64,000 nucleotides of DNA from Camelus dromedarius (Eukaryota), in NCBI RefSeq assembly GCF_036321535.1, contig NC_087438.1:23560001-23624000 (forward strand). Direction: 5' to 3'. Below, in pieces: positions 1-12,420 of this stretch (its first letter is position 1; each line of letters opens with the position of its first letter). The notes under the pieces were generated by a model that did not search any database, was not told where the DNA came from, and saw only the letters and a program-made list of their open reading frames with translations. Made by a program: the position numbers and the translations under genes.

Positions 1-744
1 GTGACATTCTGTAAGTATCAATATCATTCAAGGCCACAAGATGGCNNNNNNNNNNNNNNNNNNNNNNNNNNNNNNNNNNNNNNNNNNNNNNNNNNNNNNN
101 NNNNNNNNNNNNNNNNNNNNNNNNNNNNNNNNNNNNNNNNNNNNNNNNNNNNNNNNNNNNNNNNNNNNNNNNNNNNNNNNAAGGGTAGGTGAATGGAAAG
201 GTGGGAGGCAGGAAAGACCACAGAATCTTTTTCCTCCATCTCCCCTATGTCTCCTCCTGCTCTTGTACTTGCCCCCACATACGGTTAAAATTTAGTTTAA
301 ATGTCTATTTTTATTTTTCATATAGAATTTTGATTCATTACCTTAATCACTAAATGAATGGATAAAAATCTAAAACTGTATTATTTTTTAATAAGAGGAA
401 AATATACTGAAATCAATCAGATAATTTTATATATTGCTTTAGGAACTTCCAAAGGCTGGTTCCCGCCACTGATCAGGAAGCAAGCATCCAAAGACAGAAA
501 AGACCCTCTTTCTCCTAATTACACAGCAAGGATTGTTTTCTAGGGAGCCCCCACTTTACGTCACGTTTTCCACACTGGTGTATTCCATTAACTGCATTGG
601 TATGCTTTAACAAATCCCTAACTGTGGCCAAGAAGGATGGGCAACTCTCCATGATCCTTTAACTTTGCTCATTTAGGGTGACCTAATTATTTTCCTGACA
701 CTCTTCAGCAACGGAAAGGTCTCTGCCTTCGTGGAGAGAGTGGA

Positions 745-960
745 AGGGTTGAGCATAATGGTTTACAGCTCAGGAGTCAGACTGACCTGGATACAAACCC
801 CGGCTCCACACTTACTGACTGGAAGGTCTCTGACCTGCCTTGGTTTTCTCATCTATAAATAGGGATAAGTAAAACAGCCTCAGAATATGATTGTGATATG
901 ATATTTGTACGGTATTTAACTCAATGCCATGCATACAATAAATGGCAATTTATTTTTAAT
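745..960 (+). mobile_element. MIR SINE
   Basis: cagactgacctggatacaaaccccggctccacactta...ttttctcatctataaatagggataa resembles the MIR core. Confidence 0.6.
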
Positions 961-1789
961 CATTGTTATTATGGATTAATAAACACCAGTTTCCCTTCTG
1001 CTTGGTACCTTTCTTTTCCTCTACAGTACGGCGAGCAGTGAAGACAACAGGCGTATGTTACAGAAGCTCCTGCTGCCTTTTCACCCAGTCCTAAGCTTCG
1101 TTCAGCTATGCTTAGATATGGTCCTTACCTAATGTCTTGAAAAGACATGAATGATAATGAGGCAAGACAGCCAGGAGAGGGTGGGATATGGTATCCAGCT
1201 CCCAAAGAGGGGCCAGTGATGTCTACTGAGATGAGGGTCCAGTCCTAAGAGATCAGGTAAAGTAGAAGAGAGCAAGCACCTTCTTGAGGATCTCTGCTGA
1301 CAGATCCAGATTTGAGGCCAGTTGGAAAGGCAGGACAAGTGACAGGGGTTAGATGCTCTGACCTAGCAGAGGCTGTCCAGCAGAAAGATGCCAGAAGTCT
1401 GCAGATGGCTTGTGACCCTGATCAAGTAATGTTAAGAGTGCATCTTATTAGACTGTGTGCTATTATGAACAAGACTATCCATTTTTCCACAAATACACAA
1501 GATTTGTAGGATGCTTAGGATTTTAAAAGTATTCATCCTTGTCAACATCAGAGAATTCTTCTCCAGTAGAGATGGCAAAGAGGTATAATCTGTTCCAACA
1601 GTGACCGGCTAGTCGTGGCTAGAGCTGCAACTGCACTGAAAAATATTCTAGGGTCGCATCCAGGCTGAGCAGGACAGGATGCTGTGACAGATTAGTGGTG
1701 TCTGCCCAGACACCAGGAGCCAGAAGCAGTAATGCACATACCATATACCCACCTTCTCTTCTCATTCCGAATCCAATCGTAAGCCAGGA

Positions 1790-2700
1790 AGAAAGGACCA
1801 GAAAAAAAATAGGTGAATACTTATCTGATACTAGGATGGGAAAGATCTTTGTAAGCATAAAAGGCATGGAAGAAACTGGAGAGAAAAACATCCAAGCAAA
1901 AAAATCTGAAATATCTAGGTATCAAAAATATCAAAAATGTAAAATTCAGGAAAAGTATTTTCTCACAAACACAACAAATGTATTATATATTTATATATGA
2001 AGCTGTCTTATGAATTATTAAGAAAAATGCTAATGATCCAATGGAAAAATGACAAAAGAACATGGAGAGATGATTCTTAAAGAAGAATTTTAGATGACTC
2101 AAAAACTCAAAGAAATAATTAGAGCACCCATGAGCTAACACATTTCACATATAAAACTAGAGAAGATTCAAAAATATACATTAGTCAATGCTTGTAAGAC
2201 AGTAAGTAGATACTTTTACATGTTGCCTTAGGAATACATATTGCCTTTTGGGAAATATTTGGAAATATTTCCAGTAATTCATTTGTAGGAGCCTAATCTA
2301 AAGTAATATTTTTAAATGGTGGCAAAATTCACAACACAAAAATAATAATCATACAGAGTTTTATTATAACAAAATTTTGGAAAAAGATCTAAATGTCCAA
2401 ACTAGGAGAACAGTTAAACAAAATTTGACCTACCCAACAGAGGAGTTTTCAGCAATCCTTAAAATTGCTTTGGAATAATTTTCCTGTATAAGCTGCATGA
2501 AAAGATTTTACATATCCCAATTGTATATTTCATTATATATTATAACATATTATATTTTTATCCAATGTTAAATTCAGTTATATTGTCATATCGTATGTCA
2601 TACCTTCGAAAATAAATAAAATATCCACAAATCAGTGCTTATTTTTGATTGTGTGATTATGAATGGTTTTATTTCCCTCATTTTATTATTTTGTATTTTC
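1790..2700 (+). mobile_element. Old L1 (L1ME-like) 3' fragment
   Basis: A-rich decayed ORF2 end and 3' UTR motifs (ggatgggaaagatcttt, aatggaaaaatgacaaaagaacatg, aaagatctaaatgtccaa). Confidence 0.55.
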
Positions 2701-2814
2701 CTGGTGAAAATAACTTATATTTATTTTTACACTTATTATTTATATTTATTATTGATTGATTAAAATTGCCACATGAAATTTTTTTCAAGCCAACTAATCA
2801 CAGAAAAGTCCTGG

Positions 2815-3025
2815 AGCATGGTGAAACAAGTTTCAGAGTAAAATAGACCTTTGTTACTTTTAGCAATGTGAGCTTGGGCAAGCCATTGAACCTCTCTAAG
2901 CCTCAGTTTTCTTGTCTGTGAAATGGGGATAATAATAGCACCTACTCATAAGATAGCTATGAGTCTTAAGTAAGAGATGCTCTCAAGTGGTTAGTATTCC
3001 TCCTGGCCCATGGGAGGTACTTCAA
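2815..3025 (+). mobile_element. MIR SINE
   Basis: tgtgagcttgggcaagccattgaacctctctaagcctcagttttcttgtctgtgaaatggggataataatagcacctac is a clear MIR core. Confidence 0.8.
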
Positions 3026-3339
3026 CACTAATCACTAGCTGGTCTTGGGGGAAGTGACCATCAGCTTTGGGTGGATTGGTCTCAGTCAGTGAAAGTGGCC
3101 ATGGCAACCAGGGTCCTTAAATTCCAAATGCATGTCAACAAGGCCACGCATGATGCAAGTCCAGTTGCTTTGTGGTTGACCACAAGAACCTACGTGAGCT
3201 GGAGTTTCCTGAGAATTGTCATCAACGCCATTTCATAAGCCATCCTTCCACACCTAGTCAAGGAGACTCGTCAGCGAGTCACAGCTGTTACTAGCCCCCA
3301 AAATAGAAGCCAGCACCTACTGAGCCCTTAGCCAAGCAA

Positions 3340-3459
3340 GGACCACACGCATTTTACAGATGAAGACAATGAGGCTCAAAGAGCTTCAGAAACTCACCTG
3401 AGATCACAGAGCAGCTCAGTGCCAAGATTTCACACCCACATCCATCTGATGTCAGAGCC
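3340..3459 (-). mobile_element. MIR SINE
   Basis: cattttacagatgaagacaatgaggctcaaagag is the reverse-complement MIR core; it runs into an N block. Confidence 0.7.
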
Positions 3460-4549
3460 NNNNNNNNNNNNNNNNNNNNNNNNNNNNNNNNNNNNNNNNN
3501 NNNNNNNNNNNNNNNNNNNNNNNNNNNNNNNNNNNNNNNNNNNNNNNNNNNNNNNNNNNNNNNNNNNNNNNNNNNNNNNNNNNNNNNNNNNNNCAGGATG
3601 CCTGCCTGCAAAGATGGCTGAGCAGTCCCTGAGCAGTGGTCACACCATCAGAGACAGTAGAGAGACCCGGTTTCCTTCTTTCCCTCCTCCACTCCATCCA
3701 AGGGATGCTCCCCACTTCCCCTCCTAGCAACCACAGACCAACACCCCTCTGTCTCTCAAGCGAAGCAGCCATCACTCTGTGACCGGGGCTCTGGAGTGAA
3801 AGCTGCCTCCTCAGGCAAAGAGGGACCCCCCACCCCAGGGGTTCTGCCTGAACTGCTCAAAGTGCTTCTGGGTCAGAGGGGAGGACACAGCCGTGCAAAG
3901 CCCAGGACAGGAAACCAAAGCCCTCAAGGGAGCAGCCACATCGGCCAGAAACCTCAGCTGACCAAAAGAATGTCCTGCTTCTCTTGACTTGAACCAGCTT
4001 GAGACTTAGCCACCATGTTATTTCTGAATAACAATTACAAACTTACAAAACTGTAACAACCACAGCAGCTAACGTGTATCACACATCCAATTCACCTTGC
4101 CAACACGTACAGCTTTTACAGTTCCCCACCCCAACCCTATCCCCTGAGCGTGACTCTTATATAAGAGCCCGATGTCCTGAGAGTGACTCATGACTGAAGC
4201 ATGTGTGCTTCTGTCCAGGGTGGGTGAGGGATGGGACCCTGCGCCAAAAGCCGGGGAAGGAGGCTGGGAGGGCACTTCCTTGGAAGGAAGAACAGCTGGG
4301 ATGCCTGGTCAGAGCTGGAGAAACGTCCCGGAGCCCGGCTGAAGGAGGACCCATGGGTCCTGACGGGGTCTGGAGAACCTTGGCTCCCAATTTCGAGACT
4401 GGCATCTGACTTCCTCCAGGGCATGCCTTGCTGCATGGTACCTTAACGAGTTCTAGTAAAATCGCAGGTCTCGGGTACGTTCTCTTGATCTCAGATCTCT
4501 GGCCTGAGATCTAACAAAATGTTTCTTAATACAGTAAATTTGAAAGAAC

Positions 4550-4672
4550 AACTAACATGCACTGAGCATTTACTTCAACACGTTGCACACGCTTTAGTTC
4601 TTTAGATCTTTACAATAACCCTTCCTGGTGAAGAAACCCAGCGCACCGAGGTTAAGTCATTTGCCCCAGGTC
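4550..4672 (-). mobile_element. MIR SINE fragment
   Basis: gaagaaacccagcgcaccgaggttaagtcatttgccccaggtc resembles the reverse MIR core. Confidence 0.55.
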
Positions 4673-4739
4673 CTCTTTTTTTTTTTTTTTTGAGGAATAA
4701 ATCAATGAACTCATGAATGACGGTGCTGGCAGTCTCCAT

Positions 4740-4928
4740 TGGTGGTTCTTAAAACTTTCGGGTGCATCACAACTATCCAGAGGGCCAGTCAGAAGACAGA
4801 CACTGGGCCCCACTCCCAGAGTGTCTGACTCAGTAAATCCGGGGTGATGCCCGAGGATGTGAATCTCCAACAAGCTCCCAGGTGACGCCGATGTTGCTGG
4901 TCTGGGAACCACACTTTGAGAACCACTG
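4740..4928 (-). mobile_element. MER5A-like hAT-Charlie DNA transposon
   Basis: About 190 bp with terminal inverted repeats gtggttcttaaa...ttgagaaccactg and internal ccccactcccagagtgtctgactcagta. Confidence 0.85.
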
Positions 4929-4937
4929 GCCTTGATG

Positions 4938-5130
4938 AGGAGCCAGCAAGATTTTTAATGAAATGGCCAGAAAGTAAATGCTTTAGGCTTAGAGGCTCAA
5001 GGGGCAAAATCAAGGATACGATATGAGGACTTGTACAACCATTTTAAATGCAACCATTTCAAAATGTAAAATCCATTCTTAGCTTTCAGGCTGAATCTGG
5101 CCTGTGGTCCAGATTTCAAGACTAATTCCT
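4938..5130. mobile_element. MER58-like hAT-Charlie element
   Basis: ggccagaaagtaaatgctttaggctt and caaccatttcaaaatgtaaaatccattcttagct match recalled MER58 segments. Confidence 0.6.
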
Positions 5131-6457
5131 GGTCTTGGTCCCTCTGTCCCCCACCCTACACCTGTTTTCTTACTCCTCCTAAGGTCCCTGCTGCCTAATG
5201 CCCTCATCGGGAAAGTGCACCTTAACTTCCGGTGACTGAGAGGTCAGCTGGTGTCCAGTGCAGGCCACATGGTGGCAGTGATGCTGGCAACAATGCCACT
5301 AAGGACAGGAAACCTGTTTTGGAGCTGATCCCAAACTTCTGGCACCCAGGGGGCATCCTGGTCACTGTGGATTCGGAATGTTCCATGTTGATGTTTGGAA
5401 ACTGACCATCTGTGGTTTTTCCAGGGCCAGATAACATGAAAAGTTCTCTATTTAGTGTTGTTTCGGGGTGAACAGAGGATTTCTTACAGTTTTCTTTAGA
5501 ACAGTATAATGATAATGATAAAGACATCCCAATTAATGTAATCTGCTTTGAAAGCAAATACTTCTTTGTACATTTTAGATAACCCCAAAGTGGAAGTTCT
5601 GGTACTAAGTTTGTCCATATTTATCAGGAGTTATCCATGTTCTGAATGTTTGTGCTCATGGGCCTCCAATTTTTCGAGCATCCACTTTTGTCCCTGGAGA
5701 TTACAAACTGGGAGAGAAAGCGTGAGCCTCCAGCAGAGAACAGCCTCTCCATTTCCCCCCAGGAAGCTCACGAAATGGCTGGTGGGGATGGAGCAGACAT
5801 TCCAACAGCGATGCCTGGTCACTGATGGATTTTCCAACGATAACCTTGAACAGCCCTTCCCTCCCACACTCTCAGAGACATGTAAACAATGAATTCATTC
5901 CAGTTAGAGAGAGCATGACTCAGAGCAGGTCTCCATGCCGAGCTCGGCTAGGGACTAACAGAGTAAAAGTCAGACCTATTGCTTTTCATGAGACGCCTGG
6001 AGAGTGTTACAAAACGCAGAAGTCCAGCTTCAAAGGTCTCCAGCAAGGTCTCAGTGGGCTGTCAGCACCTTCCCCACAAATTCAGTCTGCCTGCAGGCTT
6101 GAACACCTTCTCACTGTGAGAGCATCCTGTATCATGCTCCACGGGTTGAAGTGAACAAGCTGATGCCACCACCAGCTGCCCCTTGACTTCCCGGAAAAGA
6201 GTGAGATCAAGGGAATGACAGAAAAACAGGAAAGTGTTGTAGGCACTGCACCCTGGTGCCCATACTCTCTTTGCTATTAGTCAGAACCTAGTGGCACTTG
6301 ATCTCGATGTTCTGCAGTCATTTTCACATAGGCACCGGATGCTGGGAAGCCGAGTGCTGTCAAGAAAAGACCCCTGGAAGACCAGAGACTGCTGGAAACC
6401 AAAAGCCTCATAGGTGGTGACTCTGTCAAACGTTGGCCATTCCCCCTTCCTTCATGA

Positions 6458-6845
6458 AGATCCACAATCCCTTATCCAAAACATTTGGGACCAGATGTGC
6501 ATTGGAACTCAGGATTTTTGCAATTATAAAAGTATGGAAAGTTGAATGGTGGTTGCCAGGGGCTGGGAATAGAGGAAAGAGGGAGTTGTTTAATGTGTAC
6601 AGAATTTCAGTTTTGCAAGATTGAAGAGTGCTCTATAAATTGGTCACCCAACCCTATGAATGTACATAACATTACTGCACTCCTAAAAACGGGTAAGATG
6701 TTAGATTTTATGGTTTGTGTATTTGGCCACAAATTTATAAAAAAGCAATTTGGATCACGTACCACGTATTACTGAATATCCCCAGCAGGGTCTACGGCAG
6801 TACCCTGACATTGAACACAAGGAGACTTCTGCAGCTAAAAGTACA
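6458..6845 (+). mobile_element. Tigger-family (MER46C-like) element interrupted by an L1 tail
   Basis: 5' end tccacaatcccttatccaaaacatttgggaccagatgtg; resumes after about 6745 with cccccagcagggtctacggcagtaccc...ttctgcagc. Confidence 0.6.
6535..6745 (+). mobile_element. L1 (L1MB/MC-like) 3' tail
   Basis: ggttgccaggggctggga...gtacagaatttcagttttgcaagat...aattttatggtttgtgtatt is a typical L1M 3' end. Confidence 0.75.
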
Positions 6846-8292
6846 GCTAGTCTCAACCAACCAGGATACATGAAAATCATACGGCCCCACATCAATGCAG
6901 GTCACATTTTGCCCCCAAGTAAATCTGCTGAACATTCACTAAAAGGCTTTTGGTTTCCAGCAGTCTCTGGAACTTGGAGTTGCAGCTCAGGAACTATGAG
7001 CCTGTGGCTCCCAACGGCCCCACCCCTACCCCACCTTAGTGGGAAATGTTCATTATCCACGGCTTACAGATGAGAAAACAGCAACAGGATGTAACCGGAG
7101 TAGGAAAACCGCCACTCGCCAAAGGCCGGTCAGCTAGTGGGAATTCAGACGCGCCTGGTCCGGCTGCTAAGGCTTCACCTTGAACTCAGGCTAATGTGGA
7201 CACAGACATGGTCAACAAAAAAACCAGACCCCTAACGAACTTCCCTGAAATTTGAAGAAAGATCCCAGAGTCTCCATGCTGAGCTCTGCTGGAGACAGTC
7301 TCCCACCCTGATATGGTGCCAGTGGAAGACACGCGAGATGGAACCACTGGGGTTTTGATAACAACCTCTCCCCTCAGAAGGCCATGGCCCACTCTCTCAC
7401 CAGCCAGATTCATGTCATTCTTGGAGCCACAGTCATGAACAGGACAAATCACTGCTCTGTCCCAGGGACTGTCCTTTGATCTTTTGTTTCTCAGGCCTGA
7501 ATTACAGTGCATCTCCTATCAGGGAGCTTTTGCTCCCCTTCTCCCCAACCCTTAATCATCTGCTTTTGATTGGGACTGTTCCCCAGAAATAGAAGGCATG
7601 CAAATTAAAAGTACTTTTGACTCTCAACTTGGCCAATCTCCTGCATATTCCTCGGAGAAATGAGATCAAAAGAGATCTGAAGCCTGACAGAGCTAACGAG
7701 GAAAAAAGCTTCTGGCTCTCTTCTCTCAGGCATCAAGTCGTCCACCTGGTCCCTCAGTTAGGGATGGTTCATCACTGCAGATACTGTTATCAATGGATCT
7801 TCCCAGCAGATGAGCACTGACAGCTGCCTGTCTCCTGCACTTCAGTGTGCACAGCGCAGGAGTCACTGCTGGGCAGTGTCCGCATCAGGGCGCTGAGCTG
7901 GCCGAGGAAGGATGGAGCTGGCCCTCAGTATCTCAGTGCTCACTAACCCCGCTGGGAGAAAGCACCAAAGGACCAAGGTTTGGGGCTCCAGAGTTGCTGG
8001 TAAGAAGGGCTGACTCCCGACTAAAAGTTTTCTGGAGGGTAGGTGGGTGAGGAGGTGGCTTCATGCACATGAGCCCTTTGCCCCTTTCTGTGTAACTTCA
8101 GCAGAGCTCTCCCCGGGGAAGCGCAGCCGTGGTGCCGGCCGGCTCCTGGCAGCGTTGACACTGGCTCTGTTCTTCACACAACTTCTCAGCAAGGGGAGCC
8201 TTTTCTTTTTTCTCTGAGGGGTTTGGACTCTCCCTTCTCAGTTAAATTAAACAAAGAATTCCTCTGTTGACGAAGAGAATACATTGGGCTTT

Positions 8293-8295
<3 letters not shown>

Positions 8296-8343
<48 letters not shown>
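8296..8343. repeat. (CA)24 microsatellite
   Basis: Perfect dinucleotide run read directly. Confidence 0.97.
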
Positions 8344-8347
<4 letters not shown>

Positions 8348-9619
8348 ACTCAGGCTGAATGTAGCTAAAATATGAGGTCATGAACTCAGAATAACAGCCC
8401 CATTGTATTTGACATCACTTAAACATATGTTTTTTTTTTAACTAAGCACTGCATTTCAAGAGAAATGTGCGTATGTATGTGAGTGTGCAGTGGAGCCAGG
8501 CCTGGATGAGTAAGTCCTCTAATCTTGCTACAGCATGATACTCTCGCCTCTCTCCTTTTCCAGATATTAAGGATCTTGGGTCCAGACTCAGTTTCTGGAC
8601 TGCCACTCCTTCCCTTTGATGCTCTGACTCATGATGATGGACCAGACACATCCACTGACTCACGACTCTGAAGTTCTGCAGCCCCAGCTTAAGGGTCCTG
8701 GAAACGCTGGTGCTGGCTGGCCCCCCTGGGTCAGGGGAAGGGTGACGGGAGAAGCAGACTGTGCTTCTGTGTCAGGTGTGGGAGTCTGGGATGGGCCAAG
8801 GTGTAAAGAGGGCAGAAGACTCCAAAGGAGAGAGCACTTGGGAGCCAGGGCCTAGGGATATCAGAGAGACAGGTCAAGATCTTCGCTGTTTAAGTGTGAG
8901 ACACCAGTGTGTACAAAGCCCTTCGCATGGCCCACCACCCAGCCCACAGCAGACGGGCGACCCCCCAAGGAACTGCAAACACCACAACGGGATACGTCCA
9001 GTCCCTGAATGGGAGGCGGTGAGCAGTCTTCCTCCAAGCCACCTGCCAGATGCCAGAGTGGGACAGGGAGGACCGCTGTCACCTCACCTCGGACTCTGTC
9101 GGACACACACTCCATCCTGGACCTCCCATGTGTGCCCAGGTTCCCACTGGGGGGCAGAGGGCAGCCGTGGAACACAGGCCTCCCCACTGACCCCAGTGCA
9201 ACCTAGTCACTGCCCAGGCAGGGTCACAGCAGAAGTGGTGTCAGAGTGCAGAGGAGGAAGCCAAGAGGGACTGGGGCACAAAGAAGCCAGGAAGAACGTG
9301 GCCAAGAATCCAGTGGCGAGAGGAAGAAACACGTAAGAGCCAAGGCTTCAGGCCCACAGCGCATGCTCCGTCGTGCCACCAGATTTCACCTCCAAGGCAC
9401 TGATTCAAAGATAAAGCCATTAAGAATTGCAAGGTCCCAGGCCTCTTCTGAGTAAGGCCCTGGGAGAGCGCACTAGTCACACGTCAGCCACGAAGCCAGC
9501 CCCAGCCGAACCTGACTGCGCAATCTTCAGCTGCTCAGGCAGCGTATCTAACCGCCCGCAGCTGCAAAGAACTGGAGGGTGGCTGTGCAGGTAGGCTGAC
9601 ACACAGCTGCTGTGCTCAT

Positions 9620-9972
9620 CCGCTAGGGCCGCCACAGGGTGAGCAGCTAAAACAACAGACATTTATTTCCTAACGAGGCTGGAGGCTTGAAGTCCAAGAT
9701 CAAGGTTTTACCAGGGTAGGTTTCTTCTGAGGCCTCTCCCTGGCCTGTGGATGGCAGTCTTCTCCCTGTATCTTCCCACAATCTTCCTTCTGTGTCTGTC
9801 TGTGTCCAAATGTCTCCTGTTTTTCCTCATATTGGAATAGCGGCCTCCTTAATTTATTTTAATTCAGTGACCTCTTGAAAGATTCTATGTCCAAAAATAC
9901 AGTCACATTCTGAGGTACCGAGGGTTAGAATGTCAGCATGAGTTGGGGAGGGGGGCACAATTTAATCGCTAA
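9620..9972 (-). mobile_element. MLT1A/B-like MaLR solo LTR
   Basis: ggctggaggcttgaagtccaagatcaagg...tacagtcacattctgaggtaccgagggttag...gggggcacaatt is reverse-complement MLT1. Confidence 0.85.
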
Positions 9973-10049
9973 CGGGCACCCTTCCTCAAATGCTGGATGC
10001 TGTGTGGACGTGACCTCAGGGAAGACGGCTCCCGAGGTATCTGAACCCT

Positions 10050-10275
10050 GTCTAAGGCTCCTTTCGCGGAGGGCCTTCTCTGACCCTCCTGATCACATCA
10101 AGTTCCTCTTCTAGACACTCATACAGCAACAGTGCTCATCTACAATATCTTTATAATTTTTAAGTTCTCCTCCCACAAGTTCATGAGGGCAGGGTCCCTC
10201 TTGGAATGTTCAGGGCTGTGTCCCTTAGTATTTGGCCCAGAGGAAGCACGAAAGTAAAATTTCTGAAGAAATAAG
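10050..10275 (+). mobile_element. L2 3' end
   Basis: ccttctctgacc...catgagggcagggtccctc...gctgtgtccc is the L2 terminal motif. Confidence 0.6.
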
Positions 10276-10719
10276 GTCAATCAATAGCACACAAACCAAT
10301 GTAAATATAACTCTGGAACCTTCTAATCTTTGGCTTATTGGCCCAGAAAACACCCTAGGGATCCTTTCCTTGGGCCTTTGGAGGAGAGGATTTAGACCAT
10401 AAAGTCATGGATAATTTCCTCAAATATTTAATTTCAAATCTACCAAGTAAACTTCCTTCCCCATAAAGAAACAAGTTTGCGGTTATTTATAAGACTTCCA
10501 GCTGCTGCACAGAAATGGGACTGTGTTGGGGGGGAATGTTTGTTTTCCCAACCACTGGCATTAATCAAGTTGCGGACAAACACAAAGTTAACATTCGTTG
10601 CTGCCAAAAGAACACGCGTGCCTTGCCTCGGTGACTCCGAGCACACCTGGGCGGCTTAGTCCCTTGGTCCAGGTACAATGCGTATCTGCTCACACCTGCA
10701 GGACCCCACTGCAAATACA

Positions 10720-11350
10720 CATCATTCGCTCATTCAATGGACAGACATTCATCAAATAAATAATTATTACGCAGCCAACACTGGCCTTGGTACTTAGGAT
10801 ACAAGTGTCCCTGAGACTTCGAATATAAAGATGAGTCTAGTGGCAGAAACAGAATGCAAGTCCAACAGGATAATCATTAATGAAGCTATGATTCACTCAT
10901 TTATTTACTCATTCATTCAACACTATGACAGACTCTGTCCAAGGCAGTGGGGATAGAGCAGAGTTCAAGAGCAATGAAGTGTTTGCCCTCATGGAGCTTA
11001 CATTCTAGTCGGAGAGAGATAGAATATAAACAAATAAATGAATAAATAGATAAATCACATCATGATAAGGGCTGTGAAAAGAAATAAAGCAGCATAAATG
11101 GTTTACAAAGTGACATGGAGAAAGCCATCTTACTCAGTGGTCAAGGAAGGCTTGGGTGATTTTGTGCAGAGATCTGAATAGCGTGAGAGAACGAGCCAGT
11201 ATGAAATCTGGGGGATGAGTGTTCTAAGCAGAGGGAACAGTGAGTGCAAAGGCCCTGGGGTGAGCTCACATCAAGGAACCCCTGGGAGGCAGAGAAGGAG
11301 GGGGAGAATGGTAGGAGGGAAGGTGGAAGTCAGCCAGAGTCACATGGAGA
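10720..11350 (-). mobile_element. L2 3' region (two adjacent fragments)
   Basis: attcattcaaca tail, gccctcatggagcttacattctagt and gcagagggaacagtgagtgcaaaggccctgggg. Confidence 0.8.
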
Positions 11351-12044
11351 CTCAGAGTGAGCTGGGGACAGGGCCAATCACTCCTTCTAGGGTTGTCCAT
11401 ATGGGGGCGGGGGCCTCACAGGGAAGTCGCATTTGAAATGAGGCTGGAAGGATGTCAGAAACTTGCCTAGTGAACCGGCTGGGAATTTGTCTTTCTATTT
11501 CTATCAGGAGGTTGAAAACCACGTGGGCTCTAGGCTCAGAGACTAGCACTCGGCATGCTAGTGCGGCCGCAGGTGACTGACTTGGTCCTCTCTGACTTGT
11601 TTATCTCCCAAGGCACCTGCTCTTCTTTACCTCCGCTGAGAGAGCACACCACCTCCTCCCTACCTGCGGGTTCCCCCACTCTCTGCTCCTGCCTGGTCTA
11701 CATTGTATTCACCAAGCACATCCCCAGTGCCTGGCACAGGGTAGGAGCTTGTTGAGTAAATGAATGTCACTTGCTTTCTCTTATCTATCTGTCTATCCAT
11801 CCATCCATCCATCCTCTCCTTTTTTCCAAAATAAGAATGTGAAGTAGTTGTTTTCAGCTACAACCTCTGGCCACGACTCCAACCTTCACTTCTTTGTCTT
11901 GCATGTTCCTCTTCAACAGCGAGGCATCAGAGTACCCACTGAATTCCTTCAGGAAGGTGTGGGTATTCTCATGGATTAAACTGGCTCCATAAAGGCAAAA
12001 TATAAGCATCCCCGAAGGTGCCAAATGCAGCACAGGTGGCCAGT

Positions 12045-12420
12045 AAGTTCAATACTTATACGTTCAACATCCTACCTTGGCCCGGGACTCTGCCAGATCT
12101 CAGGGACACATATGTGAATAAGCAGATGTGATTCTTGTCCTTGTTGAGCTTATTGCCCAGAGGAGGATACAGACAGATATTCACCATATGGTCAAGCCTG
12201 TGGCAGGGGAAGTAGCTGATGTTAAGAGGCACCTGATGCAGACAGAGGGATGGTCGAGAAAGCTTTCTGAAGGAAAGAAAGCTTTCTAAAGACAGACAGA
12301 AGAAAGTCAGTAAAGCCCTGGGGAGAACATGTTTCAGAAGAAGGAGCCTAAGTACAATGAAAAGCAAAGCATCTTTGAGGAATAAACACCAGGATGGCAC
12401 AGGCTACAGCTGCAGTGATG
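12045..12420 (-). mobile_element. L2 fragment
   Basis: ttcaacatcctacc...cagggacacatatgtgaataagcaga...gagaaagctttctgaagga. Confidence 0.6.

Noticed and set aside
8761-9336. Longest ORF in the track (191 aa, +)
   Set aside because: No recognisable domain; Pro/Ser/Gly/Cys-rich composition typical of GC-rich non-coding DNA; overlapping ORFs in several frames; antisense within an intron.
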